The notes under the pieces are model-generated. The model did no database searches. It saw nothing but the letters and a program-made list of their open reading frames with translations, and was not told the DNA's origin. 64,000 nt of DNA from Gekko japonicus (Eukaryota), in contig NW_015176459.1 of NCBI RefSeq assembly GCF_001447785.1, forward strand, positions 210,130 to 274,129, given 5' to 3'. Positions 23,254 to 35,445 of this stretch are shown piece by piece (positions within the stretch are counted from its first letter, which is position 1; every line of letters starts with the position of its first letter). A program made the translations under genes and the position numbers.

Positions 23254-23822
23254 TAGGGATGCCAGCCTTCTGGAATTATGGATTATCTCCAGCCTACAGA
23301 GATCAGTTCCCCTGGAGACAATGGATGCTTTGGACGGTGGACTCTATGACATTGTACCCTGCTGAGGTCCCCTGTCCTCTCCAAGCTCCATCCCCAAATC
23401 TCCAGGAGTTTCCCAGCCTGGATCTGGCAACCCTATTCCCCCATCCCCCTCTGGGGGCCAGGAGGGGCCTGGCAACCCTAAGGGGGGAAGCAGATGGGCA
23501 AGGGAGGAAGCCAGAGTTGGCTTCATCTTCCCCTCCTCACCTGTTCCAGATGGCCATCACCACTACATTTGCATATAAGACTGCCAGATAGGGATGCCAG
23601 CCTCCAGGTGGGTCATGGGGATCTCTGGAATTACGGCTCATCAATCGATTCCCCTGGAGGAGATGGAAGCATCAGTGGGTGAATTCTATGGCATCGTGCC
23701 CCATGGAGATCCCTGTCCTTCCCAGGCTCCACACCTAAATCTCCAAGAGTTTCCCAACCTGAAGCTGGCAACTCTATCCCCCGCCCCTGCCACCAGTGGC
23801 CAAGGGGGACCTGGCAACCCTG
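23254..23822 (+). mobile_element. Two adjacent hAT (Blackjack-like) MITE copies (23254-23480, 23589-23822)
   Basis: tagggatgccag...tggcaacccta termini, doubled 3' TIR, mutual homology. Confidence 0.85.
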
Positions 23823-24074
23823 TTGCCAAAAACAATAAAAAATAAAATCCCAGAGGTTTAATGAGTGGAAAGTTTTCATGGCACAAAGTCCCATAACATC
23901 ACCTAATAATTGCTTGCAGATCAAACTGATGTGAATGGGACATTTGGAGGGATCCGTTTGAAGCTGGCAACCCTATCACATGGCATCTTGGGTTGTAGGT
24001 GCAGTGGAGGTCATTCTTCCCATGTTGGTTTCTCCATTCTATTGTTTATTTATTTAGTAATTTTTTTGGTGAGT

Positions 24075-24295
24075 ATTGTGTGTGTGTGCATGTGTTTGTG
24101 AGCCTGGAAGTCATGGTGACTTCTGGCAACCTCTAGTTGGGCTTGGACGTTTCAGAGAGGTGGCCTGCTATTGCCTGCCTCTGCAACCCAGCCCTGGTAT
24201 TCCTTGGAGGTTGCCCTTCCAAATACTTGCCAGGGTTGGTCCTGCTTAGCATCTGAGATCTGACAAGATTGGGCTCATCTGTGCTAGCCCAGTTT
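24075..24295 (-). mobile_element. 5S rRNA-derived SINE
   Basis: Reverse complement 'cccaatcttgtcagatctcagatgctaagcagg...agtatttggaagggcaacc'; (TG)n tail. Confidence 0.75.
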
Positions 24296-24868
24296 AGGGC
24301 TACCCCATTTTATTTTAACACCTCCCAATCTTTCTGTGAACTCCAGGTTTGCAAAAACGTATATTCTAGCTTTGGCAGTCCCCACTGTCCTGATTTTTTT
24401 ATCCACATGGGCCCCACCCCTTGGCTAACTCTTATTTTCTGCTTTCTGAAAATAATAATAATAATAAGAAGAAGAAGAAGAAGAAGAATGTAATCACCTT
24501 ACAGATTTGCAATGCTAAAAGAGACTAAAAAATATGGATTCTCTAACAGTTTCTCTTGACTATGAACCCCCCCCCCCCGATTTCTTTGAAGCTCAGCCTA
24601 AGATTGTGGCAGCCTCACCTAGTGAGAAGAGCTGGCTATGGCATTCCCAGCCCTTCTATGAATGTGAAGGCATGAACCCAGAACCTTTTGCATGCAAAGC
24701 ATGTGCTGTACCACTGAGCTATGGATTTTCCCCGGATGGTGTACACTTGTTGAAGATGCTTGCCAATTATACGCTGAGTGTGCCCTAATTCATGCAAGCC
24801 TCTGAAAGGCATAGAGTCAAAACTGATTCAATGACTGTAGTATAAACTGTGGAAATGCATTAGCTTGT

Positions 24869-25190
24869 TAAAAGGTAAAGGTTCCCTTGCTCGAAAGCCA
24901 GTCGAATCCGACTCTAGGGTTGCGGTGCTCATCTCTGTTTCAAAGCCGAAGAGCCAGTGCTGTCCGAAGACATTTCCGTGGTCATGTGGCTGGCATGACT
25001 AAATACCAGGGCGCACGGAACGCTGTTACCTTCCCACTGAAGTGGTACCTATTTATCTACTTGCAATTTCTTGCTTTCGAACTGCTAGGTTGGCGGGAGC
25101 TCACTCCGTCATGTGGGACACTCGGGTCTTGAGCTGCTGAACTACCGACCTTCCACAGCCTGCAGTTCAGCGTCTTAACCACTTGAGCCA
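24869..25190 (-). mobile_element. Sauria SINE, near full length
   Basis: (ACCTTT)n tail seen as aaaggtaaaggt; core 'ggtacctatttatctact...ctttcgaactgctaggttggc'; tRNA-like head. Confidence 0.92.
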
Positions 25191-27504
25191 AGGTCATCCA
25201 GCAGCTGCAAGGGGGGGAGTGGGGAATCAAACCCCCACAACCATAGTCCAAGTTTACAGAACCCAATGCTGCAGCTTAACCTAACAGTAACACCAAAGAC
25301 AATGTTGGAAGATCCGCCTCAGATCGCCATACCATCCAATTTGGCCTTATAATCTAAATGAAACTCAGCAGTGCCCTTTGGGGCAGGCTTCAATGCATTG
25401 CCCAGAAATGAAGGGACACTGAAAGAGATTTTAATCTGTTTTAGGGCCCAGGGACTATGCCTTGCATCTGCTGCAAACGTACCATGGCTAGAAATGAATG
25501 CCCTACTCTCTCTAAATCTCCATCCGTATTATGGAAGGCAGCTGATAACCTCCTGCTTCCGACCCTCATTCTTACTGACTAGACACCTTTTGGATCTTGC
25601 CAGATAGATTAGCTTGTTAGACCATGCTAAAAAGTGCTAGGTTTTCCCATTCTTCCCTGTTACTATTTTTGCAGCACTCTGGTGGAATTAATAAATAACT
25701 AATATTTTTGTATATATTAGCCTAGCTGTAAGGGACTTGTTTTAAAGGGATGGTGATTTGTGAATTGTGCTAAGTAGGATTGTTTCAGTCTCTTTGGTGG
25801 ATGGTTACAGCAGAGACCCTGGAAAGAGCATAAATGAAGGAAGTTTATTTTAAGCCACCAAAGTGAAACAGATGAGCAGTAGTGCCTGGGACAAGGTTGT
25901 TTGATGAGAGGCATATTTATTGATGCAGAATGGCTTTTTCCCCCCTTGCTGTTCCAGGCCCTCCTGCTGCCGGAGAAATCAAAATCAGACAGCAAGGTGC
26001 CAGAATAACTGTAAGCTGGAAAGCTTCCACGCACTCCCAAAGGTCAGACATAATTCTTTTTATATCTAATTGATAATAGTTCAGGCATCGGGGGGGGGGG
26101 CTGTGATTTGTAAAGTTCTTGTTCTGAAGATTCAGAAGCTGGGTGCTACATCCCGTCGCACAGGGAGCATGGGAGCAAGCTAACCATATGAACTGATTGA
26201 ACCAGCAAGGCTCCCTGCTTAACCCAGGGCTGAAATACCCTGGATGGCAAGAGGCCCCACCTATGCCAGAGCTTGATTGAGCCCCGATCCTGCAAAGCAC
26301 TGTCTGCGCTTAAGCAGTGATCTGGCTTAGTAGCTTGAACATGGGCTGCCAGCCTGGTGCTTCTCCATTGCTGAATTGCCTCCTCATGGGCCCACCATCT
26401 CTGTAACTCTCACCAGGTTGGGAGAGAACATGGTGGACTGGCACTGCAGGACTTGGCTCTACAAGGCCGGAGACTGACTGCCCTGTGTTCTGGCATGTTG
26501 GCAGCATTGCCTAGAACTTTAAGCCTTCAGGGACAGGACCTTCGACTGAGGCCTCGGGATCCAGGTACTCTCGGTCTGGAAGAGGCTTGGGGTCTGGAGA
26601 GGGTCCAGTGGTGTCAGGTATCCCCTGAGCATCCTGGTCTTCTCTTAGAATGGTCTCTGGCTCCTTCTGCTCATTGTCTGAGCCTTTCACTATCCTTTCT
26701 TGTTTGACCCATATTAAGAAAGCCCCTAATAATTTTCTGAGCTACCACTGCGGGATTCCCTGGAATAGTCTGATAAACACTGAATTCAGTATGGAAAAAA
26801 TGGGTTCCTATCAAAGCCTTTCTAAAGCTGATCTTCAGCTCCACTTGTAGGGGTTATTTTGTTCTGTCACAGTGTTCTGTGATACATCATGTCAGTGCAT
26901 ATCAGTTCCTTTTTTGCATCAGTAAATAAAGGGCCTGTGCCAGTTTGCCTGTTCAGAGAAGGCCGCAAAGGAAACAATTAAGAAACATAATCATCGGAAG
27001 AAAATGCCATGAAATCTTTGGCCCTCAGCAAAAGACCTAAATCGCGACCCAGCTGTTCTGCAAGGAAATCATGCCAAGCCTATTACTTCAAGCATAGCTT
27101 CAGTTTAGATGGGCTTGACCTGTTACTTAGTTATCGAGATCTAGAGAAAAAAAAATATGGAGCCCAGTACAAAATCTGAAACAAGCTATGAAGGCGGGAA
27201 GCACAGGAGAGAAACTATTCATGGCTGCCCTTGGAGTATAGCAGCTTGTTTAGGTACCATCTGTTTTGAAATTGCCATTCACTTGCAGAGGCTGTGCCAA
27301 ACTCTAGATCCGTGCCAGGTACTGTCACTTATACATCATCATATTTTGTGGGGTTTTTTTAAAGCGCTCAAACCAAATCGTTAAGTAATGAAGTATGATT
27401 ATTTCAAAGTGATAGTTTGTTAAAACGCAAGCCCAATTAAAACTTGTATAAAAGTCTCTGCTCAAACATATGGTAGGGAAATAGAGAACTAGTGTAATGG
27501 CTGA

Positions 27505-27592
27505 CAGTGCAATCCTAAACATATTTATACCCTTCTAAGTCCATTGCAGTCAGAGGGCTTAGAAAGATGTGACTTTGCATAGGCTTGCACTA
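27505..27592. mobile_element. ~90-bp palindromic MITE (Harbinger-like); related copies at ~32094, ~33345, 35491-35578 and ~36693
   Basis: cagtgcaatccta...taggcttgcacta hairpin with 3-bp TSD tga/tga. Confidence 0.75.
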
Positions 27593-27724
27593 TGAGAAAC
27601 CAAGGTATGAGTCAGAAATTCTTGGGACCAGATCTCACTTCTCTGGCCTTAGGAGAAATCAAGGTAAAAATACTATTGACCTACTTTGTGGGGGGGGGGG
27701 GGGGGGGAGGCAGCATGGTATAGC

Positions 27725-28150
27725 CCAGGGTGGCCAAACTGTGGGTCAGGAGCCACATGAGGCTCTTTCACACATATTATAAAGCTCCCAGCAGGGCGGA
27801 TAAGTAAGCGAAAGGGAGGCATGCCTCCCCGATCGGTCTTCCCTTCCCCAGCCAGTATTCCCCTCCCTGGGTAGGCTTGAGATGGGGGGGAGCAGAGAAA
27901 GAAAGCAACTTTAACTTTAAATGTGTTCTTAGAGACCTCCCCCCCACTGGCCAGCTTGGAGAAGGCATTTGTCTCATTAAATCCCTTCTCCAAGCCAAGC
28001 CAGCTGGGGGGGAGGCATGGGAGTCTTGGAAGATGTATTTAAAGTTGCTTTCTTTCCACCTCTTCCTCCCCCCATCTATTTTATTTCTTTCCATTTTCTT
28101 TCCACTTTTCTTTTTCTCACTTTCTCGCCTCTCTCCCCATCTAAAGTTAT
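27725..28150 (+). mobile_element. hAT-Charlie-like MITE fragment
   Basis: Start 'cagggtggccaaactgtgg'; internal repeats 'gaaagcaactttaa' / 'ttaaagttgctttc'. Confidence 0.55.
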
Positions 28151-28249
28151 ATTATACTAGGAATATGGCCCATTGTGGAAATAAATACACTGAGTGCTAG
28201 AAAGAGGCTCTGGGAGAGTGCCAAGGCCATGGGCACTCAGAATCAATTT

Positions 28250-28522
28250 GCCATGGCAACCTCATTAGGGTATAAGGACACAGAGTCCACCATTTTCTCC
28301 AGGGGAACGGATCAATGCCATCTGGAGAGCAGTTGTAATTCTGAGTGATCTCCAGCTCCCACCTGGAGATTGGCAACAGTGGTTCCCCATTATGGAATGG
28401 CTGGTTTGGAGGGCAGAGTCCATGGCATTGTACCTGAGGCCCCACTCCTCCTCAAACCTCATCCTCTCCAGGCTCCATCTCTCAAATCTCCAGGATTTTC
28501 CCATCTGGAGTTGGCAACCCTA
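28250..28522. mobile_element. hAT (Blackjack-like) MITE, rearranged (two halves in opposite orientation)
   Basis: Family motifs on both strands; ends ttggcaacccta. Confidence 0.65.
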
Positions 28523-28701
28523 TCTACTTCCCAGCCAAGCATCAACCTACATTTCCCCCTCATTGATCAGCTTTCCATCTTCCCCCCACCAGCAGCCCCC
28601 ACCATGCTCTGAAGCCCTGACTGCCTCATATCTGTGGCAGTAATGGGGTGACTGCTGGCACCTTTTCCTATCCTTTTTTGCCTTGTGGTATTCTGCTTGT
28701 A

Positions 28702-28828
28702 GGAGCTGCGGTGGCTCAAGTGGTTAAACGCTGAACTGCAGGCTGTGGAAGGTCGGTAGTTCAGCAGTTCGAGACCCGAGTTGCCGCATGATTGAGTGAG
28801 CTCCCATCTCTAGTTCCAGCTCCTGCCA
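28702..28828 (+). mobile_element. Sauria SINE 5' half
   Basis: Reverse-complement match to 25090-25190. Confidence 0.85.
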
Positions 28829-29162
28829 GGTCCCATGTGCAACAGACAGTTCCAACTGTCTTGCGGGGGGGGGGGGGTTTGAGGGGCGGAATGAAGTCCA
28901 ATCAGGTTCCATATGCAAATGACCTTGAAACGCTGGCCCAATCAGAGAAGAATGTCCTAGGCTGCAGTGGGTGGGAGAGAACTCAGGCAACACAGCCAGT
29001 GGATAGAGACACCTTGTGATTGACACATCATGGAGCCAACTGATTTTGGAGTGCACAGAACGTTCTGGGACCACTGCTCAATTATATATAAGGAGAGATA
29101 TCATTATCAATATCTGTTTTTACCTCTTTTGTTTATATCTATGTGGCTCTTACGTTAAGCAA

Positions 29163-29362
29163 GTCTGGCCACGCTTGGTATAGCCCAATCCCATCAACTC
29201 TTGGAAGTTAAGCAGAATATGTACTTGGATAGGAGACCACCAAGAAAGTCTCTACAGAGGAAGGCAATGGCAAACCACCTCTGCTTCTCACTTGCCTTGA
29301 AAGCCCATTGCTGAGGTTGCCATAAATCAGTTGTGACTTATGGCACTTATGCATGTACATAC
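29163..29362 (+). mobile_element. 5S rRNA-derived SINE with RTE-type tail
   Basis: 'ttggaagttaagcag...gtacttggataggagacc' (5S) followed by 'gaggaaggcaatggcaaaccacctctg'. Confidence 0.8.
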
Positions 29363-30836
29363 CTTCTAGGGGTGTCATAGAGATTACTGTGATAATATGA
29401 TGTGATTTGTCAAATGCTACCATGTTAAGGACTTCTATTTGTCTACTTCTAAAGTCAATCTGTGTGTAGATTCCCCCAGGGGGTAGGCAAGTGAGAAAAA
29501 CAGTGGGAGGTTGAAGCCAGCAGTTGCCTCTCCCCAGAAGCAGGGCGGGTGATAGTATGTGTGTTCACACTGTTGTCCTGTTGCCAAGGAACATTCATGT
29601 AGCAGAAAGACCAATGGTTGGTCAGTTGGTTTGGGTGACTGAGGGGCAGCAAAAAAAGGGTGGGGTTGACAGTACAGTCAGGAAAACCTGACATGTCATT
29701 ATACTTTTCCAAGTGGTACAGCTTCCATCTGGACCAGGACTTCTTTGTTGTATTTTCATCCCATCTTTTGTCTAGTGAGCTCAAGATGATAGACAGAATT
29801 TCCCCCTCCTGTATCTTATCTTTGTTTCATCTGGAATTCCGTGCATAATCTTTCCTTCCTGCCTTTAAAAAAAAAATTGCAGTATTTTGTTTTATGCATG
29901 TACTTTAGCTCTGTTCTTAAATTGTTTTTATGATGTATTTTTATTATGTTGTTGCCTTGGTGGCCGTGATTGGGCAGAAAGACAGTGTGTAAATATTGTG
30001 AATAAATAACACTATGAGGTAGGTTAGGCTGGGTGAATGACTGCCATAAGCACGCACTTTTGTGAGCCATGGTTGGAAGAGGAGAAAAGTTAAACACACA
30101 AATGTAGAATGGACAATTAACAAGCCAGATGTTTGCAAGGAACCAAGGAGGAGAAACAAAATTTAGAAATCCCATCCCACCTTCCCAAATCTCCCTCTCC
30201 AGGATTCACTGAGCTGGCTATTTTCTCCTCCTCCCTTCTTTTTGCCCCCTTTAATTGACACTCCTCAGCTGCTCTCAGCATGCCCACTCCTGGACTATAT
30301 TCATTTCTCATCAGACTAGTTTGGGTTTACTTCTTTTTATATTTTTCTGCGCACCTGGGAAGTCCTCTCTGGGCACCTTAAGGGAGTCCAGCAGGCTGTC
30401 TCTTTGTACTGCCTGACACCAACAGGGAGAAAGGCTGGCTCGAGCTGCTCACACCACCACCCCGACACTCCCGCCTCTCGCCTGTGGATCAAGGTCCTCA
30501 AAAGCCCCCCTGTCCCTAGAGTCCTCCAAAGTGACAGCCCCCCATCCACTTGATCCACACAGCCTGCCACAGTGTGGGTGCATCTTCCCTGTCCTGGCTG
30601 CTTGGGGCAGGTTGTGACAGTTGGGCTGGCAGGGGTGCCAGTGATTGGTCTGGGCACTGCTTTGTATGGGTAGGTCCAGTGATGGTGTTCTGTTGCCCGC
30701 CCGCATGGATGCCATCTCCTGGGACCTCACCAGGACAGTGGCAGTGGCCCCATCAGAGGTGGCAGGTCTGGGGGGTGATGGCCCTCTGGGTTGGCTCTTC
30801 TGTGGTGGAGTTGCCTCCCTGATCCTGGCTTTCCTT

Positions 30837-30925
30837 CTGACGAAGTGAGCTTTGACTCATGAAAACCTATACCCTGGGAAATTGTGTTGCTCTTTAAGGT
30901 GCTACTGGACCTGAATTTTGTTTTG
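30837..30925 (+). ncRNA. Penelope terminal fragment with minimal hammerhead-ribozyme core
   Basis: CTGACGA-a-GTGAG-ctttga-CTCAT-GAAA, then ataccc...ttgctctttaaggtgctactggac (Penelope end); activity not shown. Confidence 0.6.
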
Positions 30926-33900
30926 AGACCAAAGTTATTCAGATGGATCCTGACTAATACATTTTCAGCTGCCTAGCCCTCATTCTAATTATTTTAGGAC
31001 AAGAATGAAGTCAGCTTTTTCTTCCCTCTCTGCCATGAGAGAACTCGGGTAATTGAGTGGATTTCCCTTTTAGAAACAATGGGAAATTCTGCAGCCAACA
31101 ACTAAACATCTGATTTAAGAGGAACATTAATTCCTCTTATGGCTCCAGTTAGACTGAAATTAATTAGATGCAAATGCTACTGAAGAAGTCAAACCTGGGC
31201 TAGTGCTTCCAGATGGAGACAATTCTCTGCCTGATTCTTGACACTGCAGATGCAAAAGCATCCACACAATTTCACCCAATGTCTTTTCCTCACTGTAGGC
31301 CTCCATGGCAGCCATTTCCCTCCCTGCCACTGGAGAGCATTTTCAGGCTTTTAAAAAAATCAGTACTAGCTATAGTATGGATGCTCCAGAAAATGACACA
31401 GCAGTAAAGAAGCCAGGGCAGAGCAAAACAGCCATGTGGGAAGACCCCTGTTGGATGTCTGACCTGGAGTCCTTTGAGTTTAACGATCCAAGTATAGGTG
31501 CTTGGATTGTAATGTGTCAATGAGCATCATGTGTGAGGCAGTGCAATGCGAGATGGTAAAGTGCATCTTTAATGTATATTTCTAGGCTTTTTAGAGTACA
31601 AATGAATTTGTAGGAGCATTAAGCCTCCTCTTAAATTACAGTCCTGGAATTTTTGGTGCATACATGCTCTGGGCAGTTCTTCCCCCCCACACACACACAC
31701 TCCACTTTTTGTTCAGAAATGTTTGTGTGATGTGCGCCTGATTTTGCTCTGTGAGCTCCCTCTGTATTTTCTGGCCCGACGTCCTTTTCCCTGCTTCCAT
31801 TTGGATAGTGGTGTTAATGGCTAATGGGTGCATTTGTGTTAACCTTCTTTTGAACCCAGCTTGCAACGAGCGTACATAATTGTGTTTTCAAGCATCTTGT
31901 CATCCGGCTCTTGAGTGCCAAGTGCGGTGGCTAGTGGGAAATGTTTACTGGGATTAGGAGGAGAAGGTTGCGCAAAACATTTCCAACAGAACATTGTGTT
32001 GTAGAGTTTGCTGCTAATGCATTTAACCAGGTCAAGGGATAGAGAAGATGAAAGGGGGGGGGTCAACAGAATTAGATAAATAAAATAAATAGAACAGTGC
32101 AATCTAAATGAGAGTTTCACCCTTGTTTGACTTCAGTGGATTTAAGAAGAGTATAACTGCTAAAGATTGCACTGGAAATCTAACACCCCCTTCCCCATTC
32201 CTACTTCCAAACATCTGAGCAACACTGACACAAGTTTTCTCTCTGGTTGCTGGACTGGGCCAGAAACAAACTATGGCCCTTTCTGCACTGACAGCTTGCT
32301 CCGGAGAATCCGAGGAGTCAAGCCTTAAGGATTGATCGCAGTGGCACGCATTCCCTCTGCACTGTTCCCCCCCTCCAGTTTATTTATTTGTGTATTCTGT
32401 ATGCATTCTGCATCTACAAGCAAAACCTGCATTTTTTGAGCTAAGTGGCTGCCAATCCCTGCCTCCCTCCCTCCATGATACTGCAAAAAGAAAAGGAAGG
32501 GAGGGGAAAATCCAGACCCACACATGCAAGACTGGCATATTTGGGAGCAGGGAATCCCCTAGTCCTTTAAATTTACCAGTTCTTTCTTATGCTCTCTCTG
32601 GCTTTTTAAAAGTTTGCCTGAGCAGGAGGGCATGTCCTTTTTTGTCTTTGGAGAAGGAGGGAAAGAAAACAGAACAGGGAGTGAGGGTCAACCTAAAAAG
32701 GAAGAGGTGAAAACAGGGGAGGAACAGTGGGCAGCACTAAAATACCCACAGAAACAATTCTACTTAGGATTAGTGATTCAAAAGTGGATGAGAACAAAGA
32801 ATCGCTGCAAAAGGAGTTTTGATAGCTACGGGGCAACAGTGTGCTGGAAGTGGTCTGAATGCAGATTCCTATAAAACAGATGCAAAAACATGAGAAAGCC
32901 CAGAAACAAAGTGAAAGTGACAGTGGGAGGGAATGCAAAATGGAAGAACAGAATGTGCTCAGAGACCGAGGCAAAATACAGGCACAGAAAGGGCCTGTGG
33001 CAGCACCTTTTTCAAGCCTGCATTTCCTCTTTTGATTCCTGCACTCTCCAGCCAGCACTGGATTTTGAGGCTGTGACGCTTCTGCCCAGCATGCCAGCAG
33101 GCTGCTCTCACTGCTGACTCAGGAGACTTGCCCTTGAGTGTAGGAGAGTAGGAGCGTAGGAGAGTAGGACAGAAGTCCCAGCAGGGATCCCTTGTGCTCC
33201 CCAACCCCCTCCTAAGTGGGGTTCAGAGCCTTTCCTTAAGTACATGCCATCATCTCCTGTTCCCAGCCCCCTCTCAGTTTTAGTGGTCAGAAGGAGCTAG
33301 TACAGGCACAATTCTAGAGTAAATACACCTTCAGGACTAGGCTACAGACTAAGCCTATCCTAAGCAGAGCTACACCCTTCTGAGCTTATTGACTTCATTG
33401 AACGCAGAATGGTATAACTTTTGCTTAGGACTGTACTGTTAGAGCACATAAACAAATCAGGGTTGGCAGCAGAAAAGTAGCTTGAGCCAATGCCAGTTCA
33501 GAGCATTTCCAGTTATGCACAACATTCTTTATCCTTTTGTGCCCATGTGCAATTAATTACTATTTTCCACATCACTGCTGTATGTATTTTCCTAATGATT
33601 TATTGTGTGCCTAAATAAGGAATACAATTTTCCAATGACAGAAAAATGAAAACGTATATATTAATTGGTGCAGTGTTTGAAGGACCTGCCTGAAGCATGT
33701 TTATAAGCAAGTTATTTCTAATCAGTGCTCCAGCAGAACTAATTGTGAGGCATTTCTGGTCTGGAGAATCTATCCAGCTGATAAATGATGATGGTTTTTC
33801 CTGCTCAAAAGCGTCTTCCTCTCTTTCCAAATCTTGCTTACAAACCTAGGTGAAACCCATGGAAACCATTTGTCCTGTACTATCTATGGGCACACTACCA

Positions 33901-35356
33901 CATGTCCACCAAGATGCTGGTACTCCTGGTCATGATGGTGCAGGCTGCTCTTGGCAGAAAATGGATCAGCATCATGCGAGTCCTGGTGGCTGCAGTACAG
34001 GAGAGGGAAGACTCACCCTAAAGGCAATGCTCTGGCCAGGGTACAGCATTCTTGAAGTGCAGCAGCCCCCATTTCCAACCTCTCATGATAAGAGGGAGGG
34101 GCTTTATTGACCTCCAACAGAGCCATTCAGCACTCAATGCAAGAGTCAAGCAGGACCACACTCCTAGGTTGCTTCCATGCAGGGGTGATTTTGTTGGCGT
34201 GAGCGACTCAGCATGCCTGGAAATGGGGGGGGGGCACTACATCACTGTGTACATTGTGTATAGTTGTTATCTCCTTGAATGAGATGCCTCTCTTTGTCTT
34301 AATCTGGGAGGTGCTATATCAACCAAATATCCCAATAGATTTCCCCAGTGTGGTCTCATTACCACTAAGAATGCGGAAGCACTCATAGTGGCAACAAAGC
34401 ATTCATGCTGGATGATTCTCTGATTTTTTCCTCCCAGTCCTTGGGGTACCAGATGTGGACAGGGGGTTCAGAGATTTGGACCTTCCCATCCTCACTTTGA
34501 GGAAATCTGGTTTGATTCCAATATATCTGGAAAGACTAGAGCCAGCCATGTTCCAGAAACACTACAACAACAAAAACCCTGGGAAACCAAGGAAGGCAAC
34601 ATGAGGAACCCAGATGGAGGATGATGTCATCCAGGTGCTCTGAGGCGAAATAGGGTGAGGTAAATGCACCATCTGGAAGCATCTCTACTGTGTTCCCTCA
34701 AAGAGTATGCTTTGAGAGTGTGTGTTTTTTCTGCTCTTTATGACTCTAAACTCTCCCTTTCTTCCTCTCCTTTCTCTGCCTTCATCCATTATTGAATTTT
34801 AGGTTGTGAGATCCTCTAGGCAGGGATCTGTCTCTATGCCTGTAGTGCTCAGTAGTATAGTGATGCAGACATCAATAGTACTGTATCACATTTCCCAGCC
34901 ACTCAGAATATTTACTGTTAATAACAAGATTGCATGAATAAAAGAGCACTGCTTAAATCGGGGGTTGAAGGGATCCTACCTCATACCTTGTATTATGCTG
35001 TGAACCTTTTAACTGTATTGGAATGAAATTTGATCTTCTAGTGGTTGTGAAACCTCTAGCAGTGGTTGGCCCTCAATTTCTTGCATCTCACAGAAAGGCT
35101 GGGCAGTCAGGAGGGCTCCTGGCTGCCATTGGTTGAGCTTGGCTAGTTGCTGTTGGCTGACATGCTGTGATGCAAGAGAACAGCCCTGTAGGCAGAAGGG
35201 TCCAGGAAGGGAGAAGAAGGAGAAACTGATGTAAGAGGAGTTGAAATAGGGAGTCCATTAGAGAAGGGTAAAGAAAATGGATAGAGAAGAGAGAGGCACA
35301 TGGTGAAGAGCAGAAGAGCTGATGAAGGTAGACATTCATGCATTTATTATATTGAT

Positions 35357-35445
35357 CAGGGGTCTTGTTGTAGAAAAAGAGCTGCCGGAGCTCATTAGCA
35401 TAACTCATTAGCATAACTTATTTGCATATGCCACGCCCCCTGACA
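35357..35445 (+). mobile_element. Fragment of the 22254-22650 hAT MITE family
   Basis: tagaaaaagag...ggagctcattagcataactcatt...gccac-ccccctgac is shared. Confidence 0.8.

Noticed and set aside
29163-29250. 5S rRNA and tRNA-like sequences as RNA genes
   Set aside because: They are degenerate SINE heads fused to LINE-derived tails, not intact genes.
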